Numbered from the stretch's first letter, positions 27,907-39,587 are shown. The stretch: 64,000 bases of DNA from an uncultured bacterium (GCA_963749445.1 CAVVMJ010000006.1:10979-74978), one strand, 5' to 3'. Translations and numbers: made by a program. The notes: a model not told the origin generated them from the sequence alone.

Positions 27907-29400
27907 ATGGAAATTGAAGATTTGCAAAATAAACTAATCGCCATTTTGGGGTATGGGCGGGAAGGCAAAGCGGTGACGAAGTATCTATTAAAGCACGGCA
28001 TAAAACCCGTGCTGTTTGATCAAAGGCCTTGGGAAGACTGGGATGAAATTGAGAAATCGGAAATTAGGAAATTGGGGTTAAATTTTATTTTTGGGCCGGA
28101 TGTTTTAAGGAGTTGATAGGGTTTGACGTGGCGTTTAGGAGTCCGGGGATTAGATTATCTGATATTGATCAGATGATGCCCCTCGGCTCAAGTGCGGCCC
28201 GTGCCCGAGGGGCATCATCGGCAGGCTTGGCCATAACATCTCAAACCAAATGGTTTTTTGAGCATTGCCCGTGCAAAATTATCGGTGTCACGGGAACAAA
28301 GGGAAAGGGGACGACAGTAAGTTTGATATATCAAATTTTAAGCTGTAGCGCGCCCATTTATCGGCTTCCAAGGTCGCCGATAAATCGGCACGCTAAACCG
28401 GGGAAACATTATCTCACCGGCAATATCGGCAAAGATTCAGCCTCTGGAGATTCTGGATGATTTGAAGACAGATGATTGGGTGGTTTACGAGCTGTCCAGT
28501 TTTCAACTGCAGGATTTGGACCGCAGCCCTCACGTCGGAGTTGTTCTGATGGTCACGAGCGAGCATTTGGATTATCACGCGAGCCAAAAAGAATACGTTG
28601 AAGCCAAATCGGCAATAACAAAATTCCAAACCGCTGATGATTTTGCCGTAGTGAACGCGGATTTTGAAAATTCAATAAAAATCGGCGAGCTGGGAAAAGG
28701 CAAAAAAATTTATTTCAGCAGACAAAAACTTTTAGGAGAGGGATGTTTTATAAAAGATGACAGCGTTTACTGTAGCGGCACGCCGTGGCGTGCCGAAGAA
28801 AAAGGCATGCCGCGGCATGCCCCTACAAGAGTATGTAACATTCTTGAAATAAAAAACCTACAACTCCGTGGAGCACACAATCTGGAAAACGTCTGCGCCG
28901 CGACCTGCGTCGGCAAGATTTTAAACATCGATGACAAAACCATCACCCAAGCCGTAACGGGATTCAAAGGTTTGGAACATCGCCTGGAATTCGTGACCGA
29001 AAAACAAGGTATAAAATTTTACAATGACTCCTTTTCTACCACGCCGGAAACCGCCATTGCAGCAATAAAATCTTTCGATGAACCATTGATTGTTATTTTA
29101 GGCGGCTCTTCCAAGCACGCAGACTTTACGGACCTGGGACGGACAATTACGGAAAGTAAAAATGTTAAAAGCGTAATTTTGATCGGCCAGGAGGCGGCCA
29201 AAATCAAGTCTGCGATAAATATCGGTAAAATAAAAACCCTGGAAGGCGCAAAAAATATGGCGGAAATTTTTTTCCAAATCAAATCCGTTGCAGCAGCGGG
29301 CGACGTGGTGCTGTTCAGCCCGGCTTGCGCCAGTTTTGATATGTTTAAAAATTACGCGGACCGGGGAAAGCAGTTTAAGTTACACGCTACATCTTTTTAA
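27907..29400 (+). CDS. murD: UDP-MurNAc-L-Ala:D-Glu ligase; frameshifts near 28110 and 28435
   Basis: RSPGI; [11 protein letters not shown]; ELSSFQL; HLDYH; GLEHRLE; NDSFST; SPACASFD. Confidence 0.9.
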
Positions 29401-29411
29401 AATTTTTCTAT

Positions 29412-29492
29412 CTTTACTAACTACTAATCAATACTAATATACGAATAGTGCGCTTGTATTAGTATATTCGTAAAAATTAGTAGTTAGTAAAG
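29412..29492. repeat. TACTAA/TTAGTA periodic palindrome; related element at 46075-46170
   Basis: CTTTACTAACTACTAAT..ATTAGTAGTTAGTAAAG. Confidence 0.7.
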
Positions 29493-29510
29493 CCAGTGAA
29501 TAAACTTAGC

Positions 29511-30619
29511 ATGATCAAAAAAAAGAAAACCAAGGGCGATTTTAACTGGCCGCTGTTTACCACCCTGATTCTGCTGCTGCTCTACGGGCTGGCGGCGCTG
29601 TATTCGGCTTCCACAGTGCAGTCCTACCAAAACTTCGGCACCACCACTTATTACATTTACCACCAGGTGCTTTACGGCGGCGCGCTTGGGTTGCTTGCGC
29701 TGCTGATTTTTTCTAAGGCCGATTACCACATCTGGCAAAAATATTTACCGGTTTTGCTGATTGTATCGCTGCTGCTTCTGGCCATGGTAAAAATCAGCGC
29801 GTTCGGCTTCAGCTCCGGCGGCGCCGAGCGCTGGCTGCATTTTGGGGCACTGTCCTTCCAGCCTTCGGAGCTGGCCAAGCTGGTGATTATTTTTTACATC
29901 GCCTCCTGGGTAGACAAAAAACGCCGGGCGCTGAACAATTTTTATTTCGGCTTGCTCCCGTCTTTAGTGATTGTGGCTCTGTTTGCCGCTTTGATTTTGT
30001 GGCAGCCGGACTTGGGCACCATGCTGGTTTTGGTGGGCGTGGCCTTAGGCATGCTGTTTGAAGCCGGTGTGGATTTTAAAATTTTTTTTGGCATCGTTTT
30101 GGCCGGCCTGCTGTTGCTGTTTGTGTTTGTCCGGCTGGAACCGTACCGCGCCCAGCGCCTGACCAGCTTTTTTAACCCTTCGGTCGACAAACAAAACGCC
30201 AGCTACCAGATCAACCAATCGCTTTTAGCCATCGGCTCCGGGGAAGTCTGGGGTTACGGCTACGGCCTGTCACGCCAAAAACACAATTATTTGCCGGAAG
30301 CAATGAACGATTCCATTTTTGCCGTGACCTCGGAAGAGCTCGGCTTTGCCCGCGTAATTTTTATTTTGGGCCTGTTCGGCCTGCTGGCGGTCCAGGGTTT
30401 TTTGGTCAGTAGGCGCGCGCCCGACATGTTCGGCAAGCTGGCCGCCGGAGGCATTACCTTATGGATAATTTTACAGGCAGTTGTCAACATCGGCGCCATG
30501 GTTGGTTTGCTGCCGCTTACCGGCATCCCGCTGCCGTTTTCAGTTACGGCAGCACCGCTCTGCTGATTAATCTTGCCGCTATGGGGATTGTGTTTAATAT
30601 TTCAAGACAGGGGAGTTGA
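29511..30619 (+). CDS. ftsW: SEDS peptidoglycan polymerase FtsW; frameshift near 30540
   Basis: GAERW; FQPSELAK; QPDLGT; LPLTGIPLPF then SYGSTALL in shifted frame; follows murD. Confidence 0.88.
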
Positions 30620-30647
30620 TAGAACCTTAGGACTATGCTGCCGACGT

Positions 30648-30801
30648 TCCATTTCGAGCCCAAGGACATAGGGCGAGAAATCTGTGATTAAACAGATCCC
30701 TCCCGCCTCCGCCAAGGCTACGGCGGGCAAGCCACTTGCCAGCGTCGGCTTTGCCCGACGAACCCCGGATCTCAGTCCGGGGGAAGTCGGGTCGGGATGG
30801 A
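30648..30801. repeat. Composite palindromic element CCATTTCGAGC..GAGAAATCT..TCGGGATGG; sisters at 34821-34968 and 62039-62094
   Basis: Shared ends with different internal hairpins. Confidence 0.75.
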
Positions 30802-30888
30802 GAAACCTCGAGACTAAAATCCATTTATCATGAACATCGGCCAAACTTAGTTTATGGCTTCCTGGTCATACCTGTCTAAAAATAGCAT

Positions 30889-33057
30889 ATGAAGCAACAA
30901 AAATTTAAATTTTACACCCAAAAAGGCCGTTACTTAAATTTTGTCGGGGAGCGGCAAAATTTGACCTGGAAAACCGCGCTGAAAACCTTGCCAAAATTTA
31001 TTTGGGCAATTGTTGTCGGCGTATGCTTTCGCTTCGGCAGCGCGGTCTACGGGTTTTTCAGTCGGTCGCTGGCGTTCATCCAAAAACAGCTTGCCGCGAC
31101 AGCCGCAGCGGCGCGGCAAAGATTAGCCTTGATAAAAAACGGTCATCTGGGTAAAACCCTGGCCACCTTTCTGGTTATCGCGCTTTTGAGTTATGGCGGA
31201 CTGGCCGCGTTTCATTTATTGGCCAAAGGACTGGAGCTCAAAAATCGCCTCGTGAACGTGGCCCTGCTCGGCAGCCAGGATTTAGCTGATGCCAAAAATG
31301 CTTTACAAGATCAAAATTTTAGCGAAGCCGGGGCAAAATTTCAACAGGCTTATCAGGCCTTTGCCACCGGACAAAAACAGTTGGCGGATGAAAACCGCGG
31401 ACTCAACGATTTGCTGAATTTGCTGCCGCAAAAACAGGATTCCGACAAATTGTTCGCGGCCGCGGCGCTGTTGTCGGGCGCGGGCGAGAATTTTACCAAA
31501 GCCTGCCAAAATTTCGGCAGTTTGAGCATTACGGCCGTTGGCCTTTCCGGCAATGGACAAAATAATCCCGATTTAGCCGCTTCCAAAACGCTCATCGATA
31601 CAGCTTTGGCTCAAATTAACCAAGCCGGGAACTTGGTTCAAAGCGTCAACTCCAATTTGCTGCCCGGAGCTTATCGCGAAAAACTGGCGGCCCTGCAGCA
31701 AAATTACGTCATTATCCAGCGGGCTTTTGAGGATTTGCGCGATACCGTAAATTTGGCTTTTGGCCTGTTAAACGGCGACAAGCGCGTACTGCTTTTAATG
31801 GAAAACAATAACGAACTCCGGCCGACCGGCGGCTTTATGGGCACTTTTGGCGATGCCCATATTGTTAATGGCAACCTCCTATCCTTAAACGTCAGCAGTA
31901 TTTACGATTTAGACGGTCAGCTGTCCCAAAAAATCCAGCCGCCGTTTCCGATTTACGCGGTCAATGACCGCTGGTTTTTACGCGATGCCAACTGGTTCGC
32001 GGATTTTCCGTCCACGGCCCAAAAAATCACCCACTTCTACGAACAGGAGGGCGGCCAGACTCCGGACGAGATTGTCGCGTTAACGCCCACGGTTTTACAA
32101 AATCTGCTGGCCCTCACCGGGCCAATCCAACTGCCGCGCTACGGCGTCACTTTGACGCCTGACAATTTTATTGAAACTATTCAAATCCAGTCTTCGATTT
32201 ATTACAATGGCTCGGACAACAAGCCCAAACAAATTTTGGCTGATTTGTTTCCGGTTTTGCTCACGCGGCTCGGCAGCCTGCCCAAAGAACAATTTCCACA
32301 GCTACTGCAGATTATCCAAGACAGCTTTAACCAAAAACAGCTGGTTTTATACGCGCGCGACAACCCAACCGAAACCCAAATCAAAGCCTACAACTGGGGC
32401 GGCGGGATTTTGGACGCTGACCGTGACTATTTAAATATTATCAGCGCCAATTTAAACGGCAGCAAAACCGATTTGTATTTAAAACAAAGCCTTAACCTAA
32501 AAACATCGATTGCCAAAGACGGCCAGCTCACCGACCAGCTCATTATCACGCGCACCAACACCATGCCCGACCTTCCGGGCACGGCCAACGCCAGCTTTAT
32601 CAGGATCATGGTGCCGCAGGGCTCTACGCTCGTCAGCAACGCGGGTTTTGACTATAATACCGGCACGCCTCCGGACACTGCCGGATACCAAACCGACCCA
32701 GATGTTGCGGTCTGGGAACAAAGTATTGTCAAGGATTTTGTCTCCGGCACCAGCATCGGCCGCGAGGCGGGCAAAACTTTTTTCGGCAACTGGCTCACGG
32801 TCAAAGGCGGCCAAACCAAGACCGTGACATTGACCTATAGGTTGCCGTTCAAACTGGCAAGCCTTGATCATTTTAGCCTCTTGGCGCAAAAGCAAATCGG
32901 CGCCCTGCCCGCGGATTTTTCCTACAGCCTGGATTTTCCGGCGCGGCATTTGCTCTGGCAGAATTTTTCGCCGGATAATTTACAGGCTGACCATTTCACT
33001 TATAATTTCAGTTTGGATAAAGACACTTTGCTTGGGGAAGTGTTTGGTGGGTATTAA
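30889..33057 (+). CDS. DUF4012-domain membrane protein
   Basis: LLMENNNELRPTGGFMG; RDANWFADFP; NLNGSKTD. Confidence 0.8.
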   Translation: MKQQKFKFYTQKGRYLNFVGERQNLTWKTALKTLPKFIWAIVVGVCFRFGSAVYGFFSRSLAFIQKQLAATAAAARQRLALIKNGHLGKTLATFLVIALLSYGGLAAFHLLAKGLELKNRLVNVALLGSQDLADAKNALQDQNFSEAGAKFQQAYQAFATGQKQLADENRGLNDLLNLLPQKQDSDKLFAAAALLSGAGENFTKACQNFGSLSITAVGLSGNGQNNPDLAASKTLIDTALAQINQAGNLVQSVNSNLLPGAYREKLAALQQNYVIIQRAFEDLRDTVNLAFGLLNGDKRVLLLMENNNELRPTGGFMGTFGDAHIVNGNLLSLNVSSIYDLDGQLSQKIQPPFPIYAVNDRWFLRDANWFADFPSTAQKITHFYEQEGGQTPDEIVALTPTVLQNLLALTGPIQLPRYGVTLTPDNFIETIQIQSSIYYNGSDNKPKQILADLFPVLLTRLGSLPKEQFPQLLQIIQDSFNQKQLVLYARDNPTETQIKAYNWGGGILDADRDYLNIISANLNGSKTDLYLKQSLNLKTSIAKDGQLTDQLIITRTNTMPDLPGTANASFIRIMVPQGSTLVSNAGFDYNTGTPPDTAGYQTDPDVAVWEQSIVKDFVSGTSIGREAGKTFFGNWLTVKGGQTKTVTLTYRLPFKLASLDHFSLLAQKQIGALPADFSYSLDFPARHLLWQNFSPDNLQADHFTYNFSLDKDTLLGEVFGGY

Positions 33058-33070
33058 TCATAAGCTTTAC

Positions 33071-33198
33071 TGCCATCCCGGAATTTTTTGCGCAGATGGT
33101 TATCGCAAGCCGCAAAAAATATCCGGGATCCAGATTCTGGATCCCGCAATTTTTCAGGACCGATAAAATCCCAAAACCTGAAAAATTGCGGGATGACA
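33071..33198. repeat. (GT/GC)CATCCCG..CGGGATGAC palindromic element; copies at 44581-44691 and 49316-49429, half copy at 47378-47403
   Basis: About 58-bp left arm CATCCCGGA.TTTTTTGCGC.GATG.TTATCG..AGCCGCAAAAAATATCCGGGATC nearly identical in three copies. Confidence 0.85.
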
Positions 33199-33216
33199 CC
33201 TAAATAAAAATTCATT

Positions 33217-34800
33217 ATGAAATCCTTCTCATCCCTCGAAAACGAATTCACCGTCGGCAAAGCCGCCTTTATTATCGGCATTTTTACTTTGCTGGCCAAG
33301 CTGGTGGCGCTGTTCCGCGACCCGCTGATAATTGCCAAAATCGGGGTGGGGGATTTGTCCGACATTTATTTTTCCGCCTTCCGAGTGCCGGATTTTATTT
33401 TTAATTTGCTGGTTTTAGGCACGCTATCGGTTGCTTTAATCCCCATAATCAGCGAATGGCTGCTAAAAGACAAGGCACGGGCTTACCGGATTGCTAATTC
33501 CGTTCTGAATTTGTCTTTTTTAGTGATGGCCGGAATTTGCCTGCTGCTATTCTTTTTTGCGCCGAACCTCACCAAACTTTTAGTGCCGGGATTTTCCGGT
33601 GAAAAACTTCTCCGCACCACCCAAATGATGCGCCTGTTTTTGCTGTCGCCGGTTATATTTACCTTATCCAACACCTTTAGCAGCATTTTAACTTCCCACA
33701 AAAAATTCCTGATCTTAAGCCTGGCGCCGGTGCTTTATAATCTCGGGATTATTTTGGACTTGTGGTATTTTACCCGCATTTTGGGCTCACTGGCCTGGGC
33801 TGGGGCGTGATTTTAGGCGCGCTTTTACACATGTTTGTCCAATTTTTGGAAAGCCGCCGCCTCGGCTTTGTCTGGCAGCCGATTATAGACTGGCACAGTC
33901 CGGAGCTAAAAAAAATCTTTAAACTGTTTTTGCCCCGCGTCATCGGTATGGATATTTCCCAGGTCAGTTTGATAATTGCCACCACGGTCGGCTCCATTTT
34001 AACCGCGGGTTCGGTCACGATTTTTACCGCGGCCAACAATTTGGCGGCCGTGCCTTTCGGGGATTTTTGCGCTATCCGTAGCCACCGCTTCCTTCCCGCT
34101 GCTGTCGGAATATTTTGCGGCCAAAAACCAAACCGGTTTTTTGGAAACACTCGGCAAAAACATTACCGACGTGCTGTTTTTTATGGTGCCCCTGTCCGTG
34201 TTAATGATTATTTTCCGCGCCTTCATTGTGCGCGTAATTTACGGGCACGGCAATTTTAACTGGGACAACACGATTGCCCTGTTTACGGTATTCGGAATTT
34301 TGACTTTGTCCTTGGTAAGCCAATCGCTAAGTCCGCTGTTTTCGCGCAGCTTTTACGCGCGGCAGAACACCATAATTCCGGTTCGGTCAACGTCTGTTCC
34401 ATTATTTTGAACGGCGGTTTTGGCTTATGTTAGGCAAACGTTTTGGCCTGATGGGCATTGCTTGGGGTTTTGCCATTGCCTGCAGCGTTTGACTCTTTAT
34501 TGATGTTTATTTGTTTGCGCTACCGGCTAAATTAAAGAAGGTTTGTCTTTGATTGATTTTGACAGAACGATAATGGTGTTTATCGGCAAAATTTTGGCCG
34601 CCTCGGTTTTGATGGGTTTTGCTGGCTACGGCGCTCTGTATTTTCTGGCTTCCCGCCTGCAAACCGATACCACAATAGGGAGTTTAATTCAGTCGGCCAT
34701 AGCCGGAATTTTCGCAATTTTGGTTTTTCTGTTCTGCGCCAACAGTCTGGGCTTAAAACAGGCCAAAACCGCCATGGATTTTTTCCGCCGATTAATGTAG
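33217..34800 (+). CDS. murJ: Lipid II flippase; several frameshifts as read
   Basis: AFRVPDFIF; APVLYNLGII; LFLPR; RSFYARQNT..P across frames. Confidence 0.85.
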
Positions 34801-34977
34801 ACTAGATAAACTATAATTTACCATTTCGAGCCCAATGACCAAGGGCGAGAAATCTATCGTTCCCTGACGTTTCAAATACAGATTCCTCCACTCCTCGCCC
34901 ATTCGGCTACGCTCAGGGCGACCCTGAGTTCAACCGAAAGGGTCGGATGCACTCGTCGGTCGGAATGGAAAAAGATT

Positions 34978-36824
34978 ATGCCCCAAGAAAACATTCGAAA
35001 CTTCTGCATCATCGCCCATATCGACCATGGCAAATCCACTTTGGCTGACCGGCTTTTGGAAATTACCCATACCGTGAGCAGAGGGATATGAAAGACCAGC
35101 TTTTGGACCAGATGGATTTGGAAAGAGAGCGGGGAATTACCATAAAGCTGCAGCCGGTCAGGATGGAATATCGTTTGCCGGATGTAGGGGCGGATACCCT
35201 CCGCCCGAACAATGGGAAGATAATATCTTCCCCTACGCCTTACATCTTGAATCTGATTGATACCCCGGGACACGTTGATTTCACCTATGAAGTCATCCAG
35301 ATCATTAGCCTGCTGTGAAGGCGCGATTTTGGTGGTGGACACCACCCAGGGCATAGAAGCGCAAACTTTGGCTAACGTGCACTTGGCAATGGAGCATAAT
35401 TTGACGTTAATTCCCGTCGTCAATAAAATTGATTTGCCCAATTCCAACCGCAAAAAAACCGCGGAGGAACTAAAAGCCGCCTTTGGGTTTACGGAAGATG
35501 AAATTTTGTACGCATCCGGCAAAACCGGCGAAGGCGTGGAGGAAATTATTAAAGGAAGTCATAGAAAAAGTGCCGCCGCCCAAGGGCGACGAGCAAAAGC
35601 CTTTTAGAGGATTAATTTTTGACTCGCTGTATGATATTCATCGGGGAGTGATAGTATACGTGCGCTGTTTTGAAGGCGAGCTGAAGGCGCGGCAAAAAAT
35701 CTTTGCCATTGGCAGCCAAACCGAGGCGGAAAGTTTGGAGGTCGGCTATTTCCACCCCAAAATGGAAAAACAGCGATGGAATTAAAACCGGCGAAGTCGG
35801 CTATATTGTCACCGGGCTTCGCGACGTGTCAAAGGCGCGGGTAGGCGACACCATTACACTGTTTGACCGCAAAACCGAGTCCAGCAGCTTCCAGGCTACA
35901 AACATATAAAGCCAATGGTTTACGCCACCATTTTCCCGGTATCCGGCGATGATTATCCTATTTTAAGGGACGCGATGAATAAACTAAAGTTCAGCGACGC
36001 ATCCTTGGACTTTGAGCCGATAAACATCCCGTCAATCGGTTTTGGCTTCCGGACCGGTTTCTTCGGCCTTTTCATATGGACATTGTGCAGGAGCGGCTTA
36101 ACGCGCGAATATAATTTAGATTTGGTGCTCACCGCGCCGTCCGTCGCATATCGCATTATTAAAACCAACAACGAAGAACTCTACATCCACAACCCGGCCG
36201 AAATGCCCGATCCCAGCGTCATCAAAGAAATGTACGAGCCGTGGATGACCGTTAACATTTTGACGCCCGCCGAATACATCGGGCCGGTTATGGAAATCGC
36301 CACCCAGCGCCGCGCCATTTCCAAAGACATTAAATACATCGGAAGCTCCCGCGTGGATATGCATTTTGAAATGCCGCTTTCCAACATTATTATAGATTTT
36401 TATGATAAATTAAAATCCGTCTCTTCACGGATACGCCTCGCTCAATTATGAATTTATAGAGGAGCGACTAGGGGATTTGGTTAAAGTGGATATTTTGGTG
36501 GCCGGCGAGCCGGTGCCGGCCTTGGCCGCGCTGATGTACCGCGGCACCGCTGCCAATGACGGCAAAGAACTCGTGGAGAAATTAAAAAAACTGATTCCGC
36601 GCCACCAGTTTGAAATCGCCATCCAAGCCGCCATCGGCGGCAAAATCATCGCCCGCGAAACCATTTCCGCCCTCCGCAAAGACGTCACCGGCTATTTCTA
36701 TGGCGGCGACGTCACCCGCAAAATGAAACTTTTGCAAAAACAAAAAAAGGGAAAGAAACGGATGAAAAGGATTGGAAAAGTTGATATACCTCAAGAGGCG
36801 TTCTTGGCTGTTTTGAAAAAATAA
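34978..36824 (+). CDS. lepA: Elongation factor 4; several frameshifts as read
   Basis: [20 protein letters not shown]; ERERGITIK; DTPGHVDF; NKID; [12 protein letters not shown]. Confidence 0.93.
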
Positions 36825-36937
36825 CCAATAATGGTATACTTAGGTTGATCAGCCAGAATATAAATTGAAACAAACCTACTTGACATACGTTACAAATTAT
36901 GATAGAGTTAATTTTCATTTAATCATTATCATTGCGT

Positions 36938-37258
36938 ATGTTTAATAACCCTTTCAAACAAATTGACCCAGAAGTGGCAACGGCGTTAAAATACAAATTT
37001 CCGGAAAGACTGGTAGTCAATATCAAACCGTCACAAGACGGCGGTTTTGTGGTATTCGTAGAGAACTTACCCGGCTGCATGACCCAAGCAGAGAACGGGA
37101 AAGAAATTTTTGAAATGGTGAACGACGCCGTTTATACATATCTGAATATTCCAAGACAATATCAAGCCTATATGCCTGCGTTTTTGCCAAATGACGAACA
37201 AAAAGAAAGATTTAAAATTTCCATCCCTGAAACTAAAATCCTGCTACAAAGAGTCTGA
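36938..37258 (+). CDS. HicB-like antitoxin
   Basis: DGGFVVFVENLPGCMTQAE..EMVNDAV. Confidence 0.8.
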   Translation: MFNNPFKQIDPEVATALKYKFPERLVVNIKPSQDGGFVVFVENLPGCMTQAENGKEIFEMVNDAVYTYLNIPRQYQAYMPAFLPNDEQKERFKISIPETKILLQRV

Positions 37259-37491
37259 TGAGTGAATTTTACTTTCCAGTCAAAAGAAGAAAACTGCTGA
37301 AAACCCTAAAAAAGTTAGGGCTTTCAATAATTGGAGGCGGCAAACATGACCGAGCCGCTTGCTTAAAAAATGGGGGAACAACAACAGTTCCCAGACATGC
37401 CGAAATTAAAAGGGAAATAGTTGACAGTATTGCAAAATTTTTACTTGATAAGGAATACGATCGCGAACAGCTAATTAAATTGCTTAGATAA
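37258..37491 (+). CDS. HicA-like toxin
   Basis: LKKLG..GGKHD..TTVPRHAEI. Confidence 0.8.
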   Translation: MSEFYFPVKRRKLLKTLKKLGLSIIGGGKHDRAACLKNGGTTTVPRHAEIKREIVDSIAKFLLDKEYDREQLIKLLR

Positions 37492-37522
37492 AATCGGCAA
37501 AAGGCCGGTTTTTTGCTAAAAT
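37492..37522 (+). repeat. Hairpin plus extended -10 unit; also 37937-37967 and 38498-38545
   Basis: ATCGGCAAAA(G/A)GCCG(G/A)TTTTTTG followed by TGnTAnnnT. Confidence 0.8.
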
Positions 37523-37543
37523 GCAAATCGAATAAATAAACTT

Positions 37544-37864
37544 ATGGAATTACTGGACCAAAACCCAAGCCCAACCTTGTTTGAACTCGGCAAACCGGAA
37601 CGAACCCACCACCATTGGACAGCCGATGATAAGCGTATTATGGAAACCGCCCGTTACAATTTAGACGAGTTTCTGAGGATTTTACAGCAAAAAGGCGACT
37701 GGCAAACATTTGCCGCCGACTTGGTAAAAAACGATATCCCGACATTGGCGAGGCTCTTAGAAATTAAAGGTTTAATCGAGACGCAAAAGGAAGAAATTAG
37801 AGGTCTCATCACGGAAATTAATGAAGCGGTTCCGGAGTCGTTTGAGTTGCCTGAAAAAAGTTAA
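37544..37864 (+). CDS. Hypothetical protein
   Basis: 106-aa ORF directly after the repeat/promoter unit. Confidence 0.6.
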   Translation: MELLDQNPSPTLFELGKPERTHHHWTADDKRIMETARYNLDEFLRILQQKGDWQTFAADLVKNDIPTLARLLEIKGLIETQKEEIRGLITEINEAVPESFELPEKS

Positions 37865-38001
37865 GAAAAAAGGCTGCAGTAAAATCTTTAATCCAACATG
37901 GTAACTATTCGCACGAATAGTTACCGGATTTGAATTAATCGGCAAAAAGCCGATTTTTTGCTATAGTAAAGGTACGGTTTCACAAAGGAGGAACCGTTCT
38001 T

Positions 38002-38382
38002 ATGGGCACCGCACAATTGGACGTTTTGAATGCCAACGCAAGGCTGCACGACGCAATCTTCACGGTTTTAAATACAGAAGAACTGAGGCCAGAGGTAGTG
38101 GCCATCAATTACTTCTTAATAGAACCGGACGAATTCCTGCCGTGCAAACCCAAGCTAATAGGAACTTGGACGGACAATGAGCTGCCAGAACAGTTTCAGG
38201 TCACTTTCAATGGCAAATGGAAAGAACCGGGTAAGATCATTTACTTCTGTACGCCCGTACCTTCAACCCCGCACTTGGAAAACGTCGACTTGAGGCTGGA
38301 GTACGACACTCGTTCACACCAGATGACCGGACACTGCATCAATCCGTTCAAACCGGACGACCATGTCGTAAGAGCTGGCTAG
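38002..38382 (+). CDS. Hypothetical protein
   Basis: RBS AAGGAGG; directly after the repeat/promoter unit. Confidence 0.65.
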   Translation: MGTAQLDVLNANARLHDAIFTVLNTEELRPEVVAINYFLIEPDEFLPCKPKLIGTWTDNELPEQFQVTFNGKWKEPGKIIYFCTPVPSTPHLENVDLRLEYDTRSHQMTGHCINPFKPDDHVVRAG

Positions 38383-38554
38383 TGCCGCCTGCCCGGACAC
38401 GGCAGCGCCGCCTGCCGCACCCAAACGCTCCCCCAAACGTGGCGGCGCGAGACCAGACCCCTCCGCCGCCACAAAACTTAATTAGCATTTTTACAATATC
38501 GGCAAAAGGCCGATTTTTTGTTTTTTGCCCAAAGTGTGATAAAATACTGCCAGA

Positions 38555-38674
38555 ATGTCCATATTCAGAAACCGAAAATATCTTAATAAAGTCATGGCCA
38601 TTGTGATGGTGGTCGTGGTAACAAGCATGGTGGTGGCGCTGTTTGGTGCGGCGTTTATTAACGGCCGGCATTAA
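38555..38674 (+). CDS. 39-aa single-TM small protein, below the ORF-track cutoff
   Basis: MSIFRNRKYLNKVMAIVMVVVVTSMVVALFGAAFINGRH after TGATAAAAT. Confidence 0.55.
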   Translation: MSIFRNRKYLNKVMAIVMVVVVTSMVVALFGAAFINGRH

Positions 38675-38703
38675 AAATTGGCTTTACCGGTAACCAAACG
38701 ATT

Positions 38704-39189
38704 ATGTTCTCCCTAGACCTCCAGCCGAACGAAAAAGTTTTCCGGATTTACCGGCAGACGGAATGGGCGCTCGGCAAGCCCATTCTGATTATTTTTGTTT
38801 TGCTCTACGTGCCCTGGTTTTTGCTGGCGCGCGCCGGGCTGTTCGCGGATTTTGGCAAATGGTTTTTGGTTTGGACTTTGCTTTTACTTTTGTACGGCGT
38901 ATACCGTTACCTGCTGTGGCTGGCCAATTCCTACGTGGTCACGGACCAAAGGCTGATTGTTGTCCGCTATGTGTCATTATTCAAAAAACAGGTTACCGAA
39001 TCGCCGCTTAACCGTATCCAAAACATCAGCTATTCCACCACCGGCTTTTTTTCGTCCTTGCTGAATTACGGCAACGTCCAGGTCCGCGTGGCCGGGCTGG
39101 ACCAGCCGCTGCTTTTGGAACGCCTGCGCGAGCCGGAAAATTTGAAAACTTTTTTGTGGGCTTTACAATCGCATCAACCTAAAGTTTAA
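38704..39189 (+). CDS. Membrane protein with bacterial PH domain
   Basis: Two TM helices; YVVTDQRLI; RIQNIS; LLNYGNV. Confidence 0.8.
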   Translation: MFSLDLQPNEKVFRIYRQTEWALGKPILIIFVLLYVPWFLLARAGLFADFGKWFLVWTLLLLLYGVYRYLLWLANSYVVTDQRLIVVRYVSLFKKQVTESPLNRIQNISYSTTGFFSSLLNYGNVQVRVAGLDQPLLLERLREPENLKTFLWALQSHQPKV

Positions 39190-39195
39190 AAATTT

Positions 39196-39567
39196 ATGGC
39201 GCTTAAACTTAAATTATCGTCCAAGCTGACTTTACTGCTTTTGCTCGGCCTGTTTTTGTTTTTAGCGTATTTGCGCTACGGCCAATGGAAAAACCAGCTG
39301 GCCATAGACAAAGAGAGAAAAAAATTGCAGGACCAGATTACGGCGCTGAACGGGAAAAATCAGAGCCTCACCCAGTCTTTGTCATACCTCGGCTCCAGCG
39401 ATTTTAAGGAGCGCGCGGCGCGGGAGCAGCTTAACCTAAAACGCAACGGCGAAGTGGTGTTCGGTTTTACTGACGCGCCGCCAACGGTGGCGGCTGAAGC
39501 TGCCGGCCAAACCGATAACGCGCCGAATTATGAAAAATGGATTGAATATTTTTTCGGCAGTGATTGA
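39196..39567 (+). CDS. ftsB: Septum formation initiator FtsB/DivIC
   Basis: TM, coiled coil, ERAAREQLNLKRNGEVV. Confidence 0.75.
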   Translation: MALKLKLSSKLTLLLLLGLFLFLAYLRYGQWKNQLAIDKERKKLQDQITALNGKNQSLTQSLSYLGSSDFKERAAREQLNLKRNGEVVFGFTDAPPTVAAEAAGQTDNAPNYEKWIEYFFGSD

Positions 39568-39587
39568 TTACTGTTATCCGTTTTTAG

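Noticed and set aside
33217-36824. murJ and lepA as true pseudogenes
   Set aside because: Motifs are intact across frames and the breaks are single-base indels, which fits sequencing error better.
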